A stretch of DNA of 63,124 bases, from assembly GCF_001194135.2 (NCBI RefSeq), contig NC_068994.1, positions 39,799,446-39,862,569 of the forward strand, given 5' to 3'. Shown here in pieces: positions 25,871 through 37,695 of the stretch. Positions within the stretch are counted from its first letter, which is position 1. Each line of letters starts with the position of its first letter. The position numbers and the translations under genes are program-made. The stretch comes from Octopus bimaculoides (taxonomy: Eukaryota). The notes beneath the pieces were generated by a model. The model did not search any database, was not told where the DNA came from, and saw only the letters and a list, made by a program, of their open reading frames with translations.

Positions 25871-26113
25871 ATAACTTTTTACAGTTATACTTCCATACTG
25901 TATATTATCGTATTAATTTTTACTGTCCAATTTATAAATTTGACTTTTGAATTTTTTAATTAAAATTTTTTAGATTAGAATATTAGATATATTAAGATGG
26001 TATATGCCTCACAGCATGGATTTGGATGGGTTCTGAGCTGTAGAGTGGTGGTTCGTCTCTAAATTAGTTATATATATATATATATATTATGTTCATATGT
26101 GTGTATATTTATG

Positions 26114-26146
<33 letters not shown>

Positions 26147-26799
26147 ACATATACACATATACCAAAGCTAATACAAATTGTAGATGTGACGCAAATTTGG
26201 TTTCAGATGTGGCATATTTATCAAAAGAACACAAGTTGAGGGTCAAAGTTTACAACAGCTGTTTTGGCAGCATTTTATTGATATATTTAAAATTTACTTG
26301 ATGATGGTGGGTTTTTTGCTGTCATGTAATCTAAGAATGCAGCAATAAAATTCTGCTAAAACAATAGTTGTGAATTTTGAAACCTACTTGTGTTCTTCTT
26401 TATATATATATATATGGGGGGGGGGGCGATACTGTGTGTGTGAGTCTGTGTATGTACACAGAGAGAGAGATGGTTGAAATGAGGAATGTGATTAAATCAC
26501 TTGAAACATTACTTCAGAGGCAGAAGTTATTTGAGTTCAAATATAAATAATTGTGTTTTAATAAAAATAGAAATACATATAAATAAAAAATAAACGGGTT
26601 CTGCAAAGTTCCATTAACATAATGATTTAAATTTGCTGTTAATTTTGAGTAAAACCTTGCACCATATAAAATATTAATGCTATTAACTTAGTTTTCTGTC
26701 AAAAGTAAATGTGTTTTGTTGATTGAGATTAATTTGAAATATTTTAGTCTCTTTGTATTTTATCAACATCACTGTTGCTACCATCATCATTTATCTAAA

Positions 26800-26890
26800 C
26801 TGGCAGAATTGTTAGAGTAGCAGGTAAAATGCCTTGTAGTATTTGCTCCAGCTCTTTATGTTCTGAGTTCAAATGCTATAAAGGTCATCA
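26800..26890 (+). mobile_element. SINE family B 5' fragment
   Basis: CTGGCAGAATTGTTAG...AAATGCCTTGTAGTATTTG...ATGTTCTGAGTTCAAAT. Confidence 0.7.
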
Positions 26891-26959
26891 GCTTGTAGCT
26901 AGTCAACAGATGTATGTATGTGCATATTTGTATGTTTTATGTATGTGTTCTCATGCATA

Positions 26960-27450
26960 TAGACATGCTCTAGATATGTATGCATATATGTCTCTTCTAT
27001 TTCTTAATTATTCTCAATCTTCCACTGAGGAGGGAGCCAGTTTCCAACAAAGATACAAGGATCCATCTTTGGGATGTAGTTAACACAGACAAATTCCCAT
27101 TTGGAACTTGAGAAAAGTCTTGCATATTTTTACCCTTCCACTCACAGATTGCATTTGTAATGTACGAATTAGCTAGTTGATTTCTCTTCCTGAAAATCCT
27201 AGTTTATTCAGATTCTCCCTTAAGCATTTACTAACAAAACCAAGTGCAATTGGTATAAATTCATAGTCTGGATATAGAAGCTGAAGGTTTTGAAGCAATT
27301 GTCCATAGACAGACAGATATGTGTGTATGTATGTTTGTGTGTGTGTATGTTTGTATGTATGTATGTGTGTGTGTATGTATGTATGTGTGTGTGAGTGTAA
27401 TTGTTGACATTTCATAATGTTGTCTGAATGAAACTGTGACATGTTTAAAG
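26960..27450 (-). mobile_element. R4/Dong-like (RLE) LINE 3' end interrupted by a microsatellite
   Basis: YGQLLQNLQLLYPDYEFIPIALGFVSKCLRENLNKLGF followed by VKICKTFLKF, the RLE C-terminal pattern. (ACAT)n tail. Confidence 0.7.
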
Positions 27451-28822
27451 AACTATGGTATAAGAAATCCTTACCTGAACAACAAGTAAGGTTGATGACA
27501 AGGAAAGCATTTGTCCATAAAACTTTGTGTCTAATGCAGTGCTGGATTAACCATTAAGTAAAATAAACACATGCTTTGAGCAGCAGATGAAGTGGGACAC
27601 CACAGAAATGGTAAATGGTTTATGGCACAACAGAAATCCATTTAAACTTGCTAAAATTATATTCAAAGTGGTTTATAAGATCGGAAATATAATTTCAAAG
27701 TGTGTATGATGTCATAGTGAGGATCTGATCAAAAACTTTGCAATTAAAAAAAAAGTAGGAAGTATAAAAAAATAAATATTTCCATCTTACTCTTAGTTTT
27801 GTTTCAATTTGAAAACTAAAAATTTATTTCATGGTTTATCATTGTTTATATTTTCTAGTCCACATATATGGAGGCACCAAAATCTTTTGTGCTTAGGGTC
27901 TCTATGGGTTTTAATCTCGCCCTGCTCAAATGCACTTTTGTCCAATCCATGCGAGCATAGGAAAATGGGTTTTCAAAATGAATGCAATATCGCGTGTGTA
28001 TGTGTGTGTGTGTAGGGGGGGGGGAGAAGCAGTACATTGAAATAGAAATACCATTCCGTATTAATGACTAGCTGAGTTACCTCCTCTTGTGGCATTGGCC
28101 ACTTTGATGTTCATACAACTGAAATAAGTGCCAGACAAGGTACATACATCAGCATAATCCATAAAAGGCATTGAAGGTAATACTACATCACCATAGTCAC
28201 AAGTCAATGATAGAAACCCTTAAAAGAAAGATCACTAAAACTACTGAACAGATACTGTGACCATATGGAATATTTTGGTTTGAGAAAAAAGATTTTGTCT
28301 TTATTTCAGAGCAATATACGTTGAAGTTCTAATGAAAGTCTCACACAATATCAACTTTTTCTATCAATAGAAGCCACAGCCTCCTTAACTTTTCATACCC
28401 ACACAAAGTGTACCTACTGTTTTAAAAATACCGCCACCCCTATGACTTAAATATGTTAGAGTTAGCAAGCAGAACTTATCCAAAGTTTCCACAACACCAT
28501 TATCTAAGCAATTCTTGACAGTCAGTTAATGGCTACTTAATTTTACATTTAAAGATTAACTTATACACACACATGTATGTATATATACATACACATACAC
28601 ACATATATATATACACACACACATACGCACATATATATACATATATATATATATATTTATTAAAAAATATAAAGAGTATAAAATATCTTTATACACAGAG
28701 AGGAGACCTTTGACAGGACTCTTTACATGCTAGAAAAGACAGTTAAAACCCAAACCACGATAAAAATAATTCACGAGGCATGCTGTTATAACACCAGAAC
28801 GAACAAAAAATGAATTAGTTAA

Positions 28823-28892
28823 TCCCAAACTTGAGTTTCTCTATTAATTGCCAAATAAACTAATTTAGAATCTGTAGATCATCAGTGAGATC
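28823..28892 (-). ncRNA. candidate type I hammerhead ribozyme with extended stem II
   Basis: Minus strand reads GATCTCA-CTGATGA-TCTA...TAGA-GAAAC-TCAA-GTT-TGGGATT, giving a 7-bp stem I (2 G-U pairs), 4-bp base of stem II and both core halves. Confidence 0.6.
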
Positions 28893-29446
28893 ACTAATTA
28901 ATGAATGATTATGCAGTTGCAAATATGTACCAAAAACACATGCGTAATTACCTTCATATTTACGATAGTGTGTGTGTATATATATATATATATATATGAC
29001 AGATGCCTTTCAGTTTCGATCTCCTAAATCCACTCAGGAAAGAGAAAGAGGGAAGGAGAGAGAAAAAGAAAGCAAAGAATGACTAGAAAAATACCTTAAC
29101 ATACCTGCTGCATATGAAGGCTAAATAGTACAGTGAGTCTTAATTACTTGATGTAGTGAGCCCAAAATAATAATTAATGAAAATGACATTCATTAGTGTA
29201 TTGAAAAATCATATTGTTGCAGAAAATGAAATTACTTTGATATATTCTTTATGGGGGCCACTGGATCATGAAGCACATAAAGCCATATAGAATAGCATGT
29301 AAATATTGGTTGTAAAAGCTTTTTGGATAGAAAAAATCGAAGGCTGCCCATGGGACTATCGTGTTTACAGGCAACTATCAACTCTTTTTCTATCTAAAAG
29401 GGTTTTTCAAGCTAATATTTACATGCTGTTATTCATAATTTCTTGT

Positions 29447-29665
29447 AAGGCAGCAAGGTCGCAGATTTGTTAGCAAGCCAGTTGAAATGCTTAGTGGCAT
29501 TTTGCTTGTCTTTATGTTCTGATTTTAAATACTGCTGAGACTGACTTAGCCTTTCATCCTTTTGTGGGGTCAATAAAATAAGTACCAGTTGATCATTGGG
29601 GTTGATGTAATCAACTTTACCTCTTCTCTGAAACTGTTATCCTTGTGCCAAAATTTGAAACCATT
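29447..29665 (+). mobile_element. SINE family B (Meta domain) copy
   Basis: GCCTTTCATCCTTTTGTGGGGTCAATAAAATAAGTACCAG. Confidence 0.85.
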
Positions 29666-30008
29666 ATTTATAATTTTCTGTGCTTCAAGATCATCTATTC
29701 CAAAACAGAATTACTTTATGTTCTTATGGCATCAACTTTGATATATATTTATCGTAAATTATTTCTAACATTAGTTACTACAAGGTCACATATTTAAGGA
29801 GAAGGTACTTATTTCATAGGTACGTAAAGAATGATGAGTAAAATCTTCATCTTTTATTAAAATTCCATTTACATCTTGGATGCTTTATTGGAATATTCAA
29901 GTGACCTTAGGACTTGAACGGTACTTTTGATTTATCAATCCTAGAAGGTTGAAACACAAATTTAGTATCAGTCCTCTATTACAATTCCATTCACAATTAA
30001 GATGCTCT

Positions 30009-30510
30009 TTAACCCTTTAGCATTCTGTAATATGAGGAACAAAGGGCAATTCAACTACCTCTTCAGTTCCCTTTTGGTGTCGACTGTCCAACTGTCCATC
30101 CGAGATGTGCTCTACTCATCTAACCTATCGCTAGAACCTACAGCAAATTCCATCTCTAGCTCATATGTCTACATATGTCCATCTGCTCCCACTGCTCAAA
30201 GGCAAAAAGTCCCACACTGGTCTTACTTCCACCCACTTGACCTCGCTCACTCCTCATCTGGTAGGACCCCTCAGCCATTGACATCACTGACCCTTTCCTT
30301 CCAGTTCACTTCATCTTCACACATTCAGATCACATTGTATCTATATATAATCATGCATTATCTTGTAGCTAAGAGATTTTCATGATGTGATTGCTTACAT
30401 TTAGAATGACTTTGTAGGATAGGTGTGAGCTGTCAGATCTGGGCAGTTTTAACGTAAAACTAGTAGAATATTTAGGCTGGATATGGCCAGTTTGAATGTT
30501 AAAGGATTAA
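30009..30510. mobile_element. piggyBac-type MITE (TTAA ends) carrying a roughly 295-bp nested insert
   Basis: TTAA-CCCTTTAGCATTC at 30009-30025 and GAATGTTAAAGGA-TTAA at 30494-30510 (11/13 TIR match). CATTC is duplicated at 30021-30025 and 30322-30326. A partial reverse copy of the MITE body lies near 54860-55010. Confidence 0.75.
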
Positions 30511-31499
30511 GAAAATTAAATCAACCCCAGTACTTGACTACTTCTTTATTTCATCAACGACAGAAGAGTGAAAGGTAAATTAGTCTTTGTCTTCTATTAT
30601 AACATCATACATATCCGGGATGTTTTATTTGAATATGAATTCAATCTTAGTTCTTTACTTCAACAACCCACAGAAAAATTAAAAGGAAAAATAGTTGAAG
30701 AGTCAGTTTTCACTTACATTTAGGAAAACCTTTTAGGAACATTAAACCAATCCATTAAATGATTGGTACTTCATTTTGCCAATACTGGAAGAATAAAAGA
30801 GTGCTGAATCACCAGCCCATTCCAACCTGGATAAGGTAGACCTTTAGTCTAAAGCATTCCAGCTTTTACCATATTGGTTTTTTAAGTGAAGGAAGGAAGA
30901 TACCTAGAACTACATTATCTAAATGTGTCCTTCTTTTCTTTTTAGATGGTGAGTTGCTTTTGAGGAACATTTTGGAGCTATTTTTAGCAAACTCAGTGAC
31001 TACACCGTGAACCACATCGGGTCATTTTAAACACTCTACTTTGTTCACTTTGAATCATCATCATCTTCATCATGTTTTACTTTGAATGGAGTTCATAAAA
31101 GATAGTAACCAAATGCTGCTGCAGGCATTTTGTCTGACATCAATTATTCTCCAGAAACAACTTTGTTTTCCATATTTCAAGGAATAAAATAAGTAGCAGC
31201 TGACTATCTTCAAATGTTGATGAACAGCAAAGCTAAATAAAGGGATACTAACTTTCAGATATAATGCATTATTCTCTCTCCCTCTCTTTTTCCCAGTTTT
31301 TTTTAATTGCTTTGTCAAAAGAGAAAAAACAGCAGCCATGTTTTGTTTATAGGACCTCTGAGTGTTGGGGTATGGTTTATATGGTTGCAACAGAGCAGAT
31401 TCTGCTAAAAGCACCCAAAGGTCTGATAATGAATGTTAAATCAGACAATAGATCAAGTCTACTACCTGAGAACAGGTATGGTCTCTTTGACAAGCTTCT

Positions 31500-31870
31500 C
31501 CACAATCTCTATCTGCCAAATTTCACTCGCAAGGAATTTGTCAAGCCAGCTTAAAGTGCCATACAGTGGAACTGAGCACAAACCATTGCCTAGATGCCAT
31601 ATGGTAGGACATGGTTTCAAGTTCAGTCCCATTGTACAATATCTTGGGTAAGAATCTTCGTTATAGCTTCAAGCCAACCAAAGAATTTGGTTGGCAGAAT
31701 CTAAAAGTCCATCATATGTACATGTGTGAAATTGTGATACTTCCAAACAAGCATTCTGTCATCCAAGGTAATTGTAGAAGAAAGTTATCCAAGGTTCCAT
31801 GGATTGAACCTGAGACCATGTATATGCAAAGCAGATTCCTTAACCACACAGCCACATCTGCACATATGAC
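31500..31870 (-). mobile_element. two old SINE family A 5' fragments
   Basis: GTGCCATACAGTGGAACTGAGCAC and GGATTGAACCTGAGACCATG...TTAACCACACAGCCAC. Confidence 0.65.
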
Positions 31871-32091
31871 ATCATAAGGAAATGAAAATAAAAACAAAAA
31901 CAAAAAATATAGAAGATAACATGATACAAATAAATGTAAAACAGAGCGCACAATCAAAAAAACTTTTCAGAGACAGACATACATGCAAAATTTGATATAA
32001 TTACTAAGATTCATAGACTTAAATAAATTTAAGGCTACTATACACACACATTAATATATAATAGTTGATTTTCATAATATTATATACATAC

Positions 32092-32242
32092 TTGATAGGT
32101 CATCGAATTGATCAGTTCTTCCTTTGTTGCAGCTTTGATCTGCATGTGAAGGTTTTGTAATTTCTCGGTAATAAGGGGAATTAACTGCAACATCCTTATC
32201 TTTACGACCAGCTGATATTCTAGCTGCTGGCTGGGAGTATTT
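32092..32242 (-). CDS. isolated 151-nt internal exon of an unidentified gene
   Basis: Long T-rich acceptor ...TTTATTTATTTGCCTTATTCAG| and donor CAA|GTATGT. About 40% GC against very AT-rich flanks. Two of three frames are open: KYSQPAARISAGRKDKDVAVNSPYYREITKPSHADQSCNKGRTDQFDDLS or NTPSQQLEYQLVVKIRMLQLIPLITEKLQNLHMQIKAATKEELINSMTYQ. Confidence 0.55.
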
Positions 32243-32860
32243 CTGAATAAGGCAAATAAATAAATCATGATAAAAATAAATAAAGAATTAAGAAAAATCA
32301 AAGTGTTTTATATTAGAAATAAATAAATATCAAATATTCAACACTGCATTAAGATAAATTAATTTTAAAAGTAAATTGTAGCTTCTCTTCACATACTACA
32401 TATTCTGAAAATTTAAACTTAATTAAATCGTATGACAGTTCGTTACTTGCTTGATATATGACAGGTATTCAAATCAAGATTGTTTAAATGAACCAATGAA
32501 GGTCCACATTGTGGTCACTGAATATGCTAGAAATAGCAACAAAATGTTTCTCAAACACATCTCACCATCTAAAATGAAAAGAGGATGGACATATTTAGAT
32601 AAGATAGTTCTAGATATCTTCTTCCCTTCACTCAAAACTGAGATGGTCAAAGCTGGAAAGCCTTAGACTAAAGGTTTGTCTTATCAGGGCTCGAAGGAGG
32701 CTAGTAACACAACACTTTTAACAATCTTGAGTATTGAGTCCTAAGAAAGAAAAAAAATGATTACATTGGTTTCTCAAAGTAAAAAGAGTGATAAAGGGAC
32801 AAAAAGGGATGGGATAAAAGGATGACAGAAAGAAGGATAGATAATACATATGTATATATA

Positions 32861-32907
<47 letters not shown>

Positions 32908-32938
32908 AATAATAAGCAACACGGATTTCAAAAGTGAT

Positions 32939-33027
32939 TGCAGTACGCACGTTTCATGCTACTTCAATTTATTTAAGTAATGTGAGCATTACCTTAAATG
33001 CAATATGAAGAGCAATCTTCAGCTGCA
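32939..33027 (-). ncRNA. type I hammerhead ribozyme, core intact, long stem II
   Basis: Minus strand reads TGCAG-CTGAAGA-T-TGCT-CTTCA...TGAAG-T-AGCA-T-GAAAC-GTGC-GTA-CTGCA. Predicted cleavage after the A at 32944. Confidence 0.8.
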
Positions 33028-33162
33028 CTGCTCTTCATATTGNNNNNNNNNNNNNNNNNNNNNNNNNNNNNNNNNNNNNNNNNNNNNNNNNNNNNNNNNN
33101 NNNNNNNNNNNNNNNNNNNNNNNNNNNNNNNNNNNNNNNNNNNNAATACATATGTATATATA

Positions 33163-33215
<53 letters not shown>

Positions 33216-33576
33216 GGGTACATTTAAAAACAAGAGAAAACTACCTTTAACAGGCAGTTTTTGCATGCTAGAAGATGTAGTCATATATATATATATATAT
33301 ATATGTATATAGATATAGATATATATATGTGGTAAATGAAAGATGGAAGATATAAGAATTTTTATAAATCACGACAATTGCTTTGACACATCTAGCCTAG
33401 ATCCCTCACAGGTGGGATACTTAACAACTGGTTCAGTAGCATCTGACAGTGCAGATGTGTATGCATGCATGTATGTATGTATGTATGTATGTATGTATGT
33501 GTGTACGTATGCCTGCATGTATGTATTAGTGTATGTATGCATGTATATATATATATATGTATGTATGTATATGTAC

Positions 33577-33610
<34 letters not shown>

Positions 33611-34509
33611 GTCATCATCATCATCATCATCGTTTAACGTCCGCTTTCCATGCTAGCATGGGTTGGACGATTTGACTGAGGACTGGTGAAACCGGATGGC
33701 AACACCAGGCTCCAGTCTGATTTGGCAGAGTTTCTACAGCTGGATGCCCTTCCTAACGCCAACCACTCAGAGAGTGTAGTGGGTGCTTTTACGTGTCACC
33801 CGCACGAAAACGGCCACGCTCGAAATNNNNNNNNNNNNNNNNNNNNNNNNNNNNNNNNNNNNNNNNNNNNNNNNNNNNNNNNNNNNNNNNNNNNNNNNNN
33901 NNNNNNNNNNNNNNNNNNNNNNNNNNNNNNNNNNNNNNNNNNNNNNNNNNNNNNNNNNNNNNNNNNNNNNNNNNNNNNNNNNNNNNNNNNNNNNNNNNNN
34001 NNNNNNNNNNNNNNNNNNNNNNNNNNNNNNNNNNNNNNNNNNNNNNNNNNNNNNNNNNNNNNNNNNNNNNNNNNNNNNNNNNNNNNNNNNNNNNNNNNNN
34101 NNNNNNNNNNNNNNNNNNNNNNNNNNNNNNNNNNNNNNNNNNNNNNNNNNNNNNNNNNNNNNNNNNNNNNNNNNNNNNNNNNNNNNNNNNNNNNNNNNNN
34201 NNNNNNNNNNNNNNNNNNNNNNNNNNNNNNNNNNNNNNNNNNNNNNNNNNNNNNNNNNNNNNNNNNNNNNNNNNTCTCTCAAGATACTTACACTCTGACG
34301 GGTATTCACATTGACATTACACATCCAACGGAGCATACTGGCTTCATTCCTTGCGAGCTTACGTATGTCCTCAGCAGTTACAGCCCATGTTTCACTGCCA
34401 TGTAGCATGGTTGTTCGTACGCATGCGTCATACAGTCTGCCTTTTACTCTGAGTGAGAGTCCCTTTGTCGCCAGCAGGGGTAAGAGCTCTCTAAACTTTG
34501 CCCAGGCTA
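33611..34509 (-). mobile_element. RTE LINE 3' portion spanning a gap
   Basis: AWAKFRELLPLL...KGRLYDACVRTTMLHGSETWAV...EASMLRWMCNV (34274-34509) is RTE RT thumb region. The 3' UTR and (GAT)n tail lie at 33611-33826. Confidence 0.92.
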
Positions 34510-34519
34510 TGTATGTATG

Positions 34520-34552
<33 letters not shown>

Positions 34553-34611
34553 ATGTATATATATATATTTATATGTGTATGTGTGTGTATATATATATAT
34601 ATATATATAGT

Positions 34612-34785
34612 TCAAATTTACAGAAAACAAAAGTCAAAGACAGATGAAAGAACAACATCAGGTGTATTAGTTTAATGCTCAGGAAGAACGGAAATGTCTT
34701 CGACATTTTGAGCCCACACTCTTCAGCAAGGGGGTTAAGAGGCAAAAAAATGGAGAGAGAATGAAAAAAATGGAGAGTGGGGCTC
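34612..34785 (-). mobile_element. Penelope-type terminal fragment with a decayed minimal hammerhead
   Basis: Minus strand 34726-34702 reads CTGAAGAGTGTGGGCTCAAAATGTC, which equals CTGAAGAG...CTCGAAACGTC after two CpG transitions. Confidence 0.45.
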
Positions 34786-34960
34786 ACAATCATGAGGTAG
34801 TGAGTGTGATACCAAGACCAGTCTGTATGTTGTGTTCTTGAGCAAGACACTTTATTTCACATTGCCCCAGTTCATTTGGCTGTAGAAATGAGTTGCGACA
34901 TCACTGGTGCCAAGCTGTATTGGCCTTTGCTTTTACATTGGATAACATCGATGGCATAAA
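34785..34960 (+). mobile_element. SINE family D copy
   Basis: TGTGTTCTTGAGCAAGACACTTTATTTCAC...GCTGTAGAAATGAGTTGCGACATCACTGGTGCCAAGC. Confidence 0.8.
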
Positions 34961-35353
34961 TAATTCATATGTGTGCATGTATTTGTGCTTATATTTGTAG
35001 AATTATAACCTAGCTAGATCCCATAACGGACATTAAAAAACTAAGTACAAGACTGAAATAAGCTGTTTCTAAGGGTTCAATCTAATCAACTAAACCCCTT
35101 GAAAGCTCTGCTTCATCATAGTCACAGACCAATTACTGAGACTAACCAATAACAGAATATATGAATTACAGTTAACTTCAGACCAAAAGAACTGAAGCAA
35201 AATGAACTCAATGAAGAAATCTAGAGAAATTGTATGTGGAAATAAATAGTTGTATTGCAGTAAATATTGGGCGACAATTTAAGTACAGAGTATAAGAATA
35301 TTTCCCGAGAATAATAAATCAAATTTATTATATTTATGCGTCTTGTGTGTGTG

Positions 35354-35441
<88 letters not shown>

Positions 35442-35699
35442 TTTGTATTGTAATTATTAACACCTAGTAATGTAATTTATTTTTCAGTACACATATAAAT
35501 GGTGGTGATGATGATGGTGCTGGTGAAAAAGACGATGAGGACGATGATGATATGATGATGAAGATGACAGTGATGATGGTGACACAATCACATACATTAA
35601 CAATTGTAATAATAATAATCCTTTCTAGAAAAGTCTCAAGGCCTGAAATTTTAGGGAAGGAAACTAGTTGATTACATCAACTCCAGTGTTTCACAAAAA

Positions 35700-35885
35700 A
35701 TGTGGCACTTAAAAGCAAGAACTGTTCCTGTTATTGTAGGTTACCTAGGTATGATAAAGAAGGGTTTCAGAAACATCTAGATGACATCTAGAAACATCTA
35801 GGAGAACCATGTCTCAGAGAAATCCAAAAGATTGTGCTAACAAGTACTGCCCACATCCTTAGAAAATCTCTATAAATTTAAACAT
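35700..35885 (+). mobile_element. R4/Dong-like RLE C-terminal fragment
   Basis: Reads RTVPVIVG.LGMIKKG...EIQKIVLTSTAHILRKSL*. Confidence 0.7.
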
Positions 35886-36076
35886 CTGTGTTGTATTACA
35901 TTAAGATATTTTGCTATTGCCCCTACCACTTTCTTTCCCCAAGCTTTCAGTTATATTGTAAGATCTCTAACCTTTCACTTGTCCTAGGATGCCGGGTGTG
36001 TCCTAGCAAGTAATTGTAACAAACATGCAGACTAAAAGTAAAAAAATAATAATAATGATAGTAATAATCGTAATAA

Positions 36077-36282
36077 TCCTTTCTACTATAGGCAGAAGGA
36101 CTGAAATTGTAGGGGAGAGGGCCAGTCAATTACATTGACCCCAGTACCTAACTGGTACTTTTTTCATTGACTCTGAAAGAATGAAAGGCAAAGCTGACCT
36201 TGGTGGAATTAGAATGCAGGACACAATGACAACTGAAACGTGGCTAAGCATTTTGTCCGGTATGCTAATGATTCTGCCAACA
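36077..36282 (-). mobile_element. SINE family B copy with (ATT)n tail
   Basis: ACTGGTACTT...GAAAGAATGAAAGGCAAAGCTGAC is the reverse Meta domain. Confidence 0.85.
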
Positions 36283-36312
36283 TATTGACAAAATAAAAGA
36301 ATTACCATTACT

Positions 36313-36875
36313 TAGAATGTATGGAACAAAAGGAGAAACAGTTAGTCATCTTGTAAGTGAATGTGCTAAGCAGGGCACTGTGAGAGTACAAAAGATGACA
36401 TGATAATGTTGTCAGATACATCCACTAGATGATAAATGAGAAATGTACTCTTGGCAGAGTAACTAAATGGTATGAACTGAAACCAGATGGAGTGTTAGAG
36501 AATGACAAATTTAAGCTTTTGTGGGACCTCACCATTCAGTGTGATAGAATGACTGAGGCAAAACCAGACATTGTAGTAGTCACCATGAAAGAGAAAGAGG
36601 CCCAAATTATTGATATCTCTATCCCGGGAGAAAACAGTGTGAGAGATAAAGAACATGAAAAGATGGAGGGGTATGAGCTAATGAAGGAAGAGATTGGAAA
36701 ATTGTTGGGGAGGAAGAAGGTTTTAGTGATTCCTGTGGTGACCAGAGCATTAGGGTGCAGACTGGATGATTTTAAGGATTGTGTAAATAAATCAGAATTG
36801 ATGCAAAGTTATCGGAAATGCAAAAGACAGCGATTCTTGGTACAGTAAGAATTTTAAGGACAGTGGTATGTATGT
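36313..36875 (+). pseudogene. R4/Dong-like zinc knuckle plus restriction-like endonuclease relic
   Basis: RM.GTKGETVSHLVSECAK (CCHC), KLLWDLTIQCD, KPDIVVV, IIDISIPG, KEHEKMEGY, and LGTVRILR at the end. Confidence 0.88.
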
Positions 36876-36981
36876 TAGGCTCAGGGGAGAAAGAAATAAG
36901 GGACCTTTGTTCGTTTATTGACTGCTCGTTGACTGAAATGTGTAGACTGTTTAACATCTTAGCGTCTGACATTTACAAAAA

Positions 36982-37021
<40 letters not shown>

Positions 37022-37029
<8 letters not shown>

Positions 37030-37310
37030 GAAACAATTCCTATCATAGTAGGTGCCTTAGGTATAATAAAAAAATATTCAGACAAATACATAACAAAAAC
37101 ACCAGGACTTACAAATATATATAACATACAGAAAATTGCACTATTGGGCACTACACATATCCTACACAAAACACTTTCAATACAGTAACCATAAGAGCAT
37201 CACAGCAAACCACAGCACATACCCAAGGCACACAGAGCTGCGCTCGGTAGTGAAGTGAAAGCACGTTATAAAAATAAAACTACTGAACAATAATGATAAT
37301 AATGATGATG
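37022..37310 (+). mobile_element. R4/Dong-like 3' end plus 3' UTR between (AAT)n tracts
   Basis: Reads ITETIPIIVGALGIIKK...IQKIALLGTTHILHKTLSIQ*, directly after (AAT)n and ending in AATAATGATAAT. Confidence 0.8.
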
Positions 37311-37327
37311 ATAATAAAAATATTTTA

Positions 37328-37695
37328 TGGGAGTTCACAATTCAGTGTGATATAAGGATTGAGGCAAGAAGACCAGACACTGAAGTTGTCAGCAAGATTA
37401 AAAAAGAGGCCCATTTTATTGATATCTCTATTCCCAGGAGATTGTACAGTGAAAGATAAAGAGAATGAAAAAATTGAGAAGTATGAACCACTGAAGGAGA
37501 AGACTGGAAAATTGTGGGAGGATGAAGAAGGTTTGGGTGATTCCAGTGCTGACTGGAGTATTGGGATGCAATACTGGATAATTTCAGGGACTGTGTAAAT
37601 AAAATTGAAATTGATGCAAGTTTACAGGTCATGCAGAAGACAACAATTCTTGGTACAGCAAGCATTTTAAGGAAAATCTTGTCTATGAAAGGCAC
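37328..37695 (+). pseudogene. R4/Dong-like RLE relic, paralogous to 36313-36875
   Basis: WEFTIQCD..IEARRPD...FIDISIP...KDKENEKIEKYEPLKE...LW...LGTASILRKIL. Confidence 0.85.

Noticed and set aside
28081-28118. Possible 38-nt minus-strand exon (TTTCAG|...GAG|GTAACT; LYEHQSGQCHKRR), in phase with frame 2 of the 32092 exon
   Set aside because: Too short and the signals too common to support without transcript data; worth checking only if the larger exon is confirmed.
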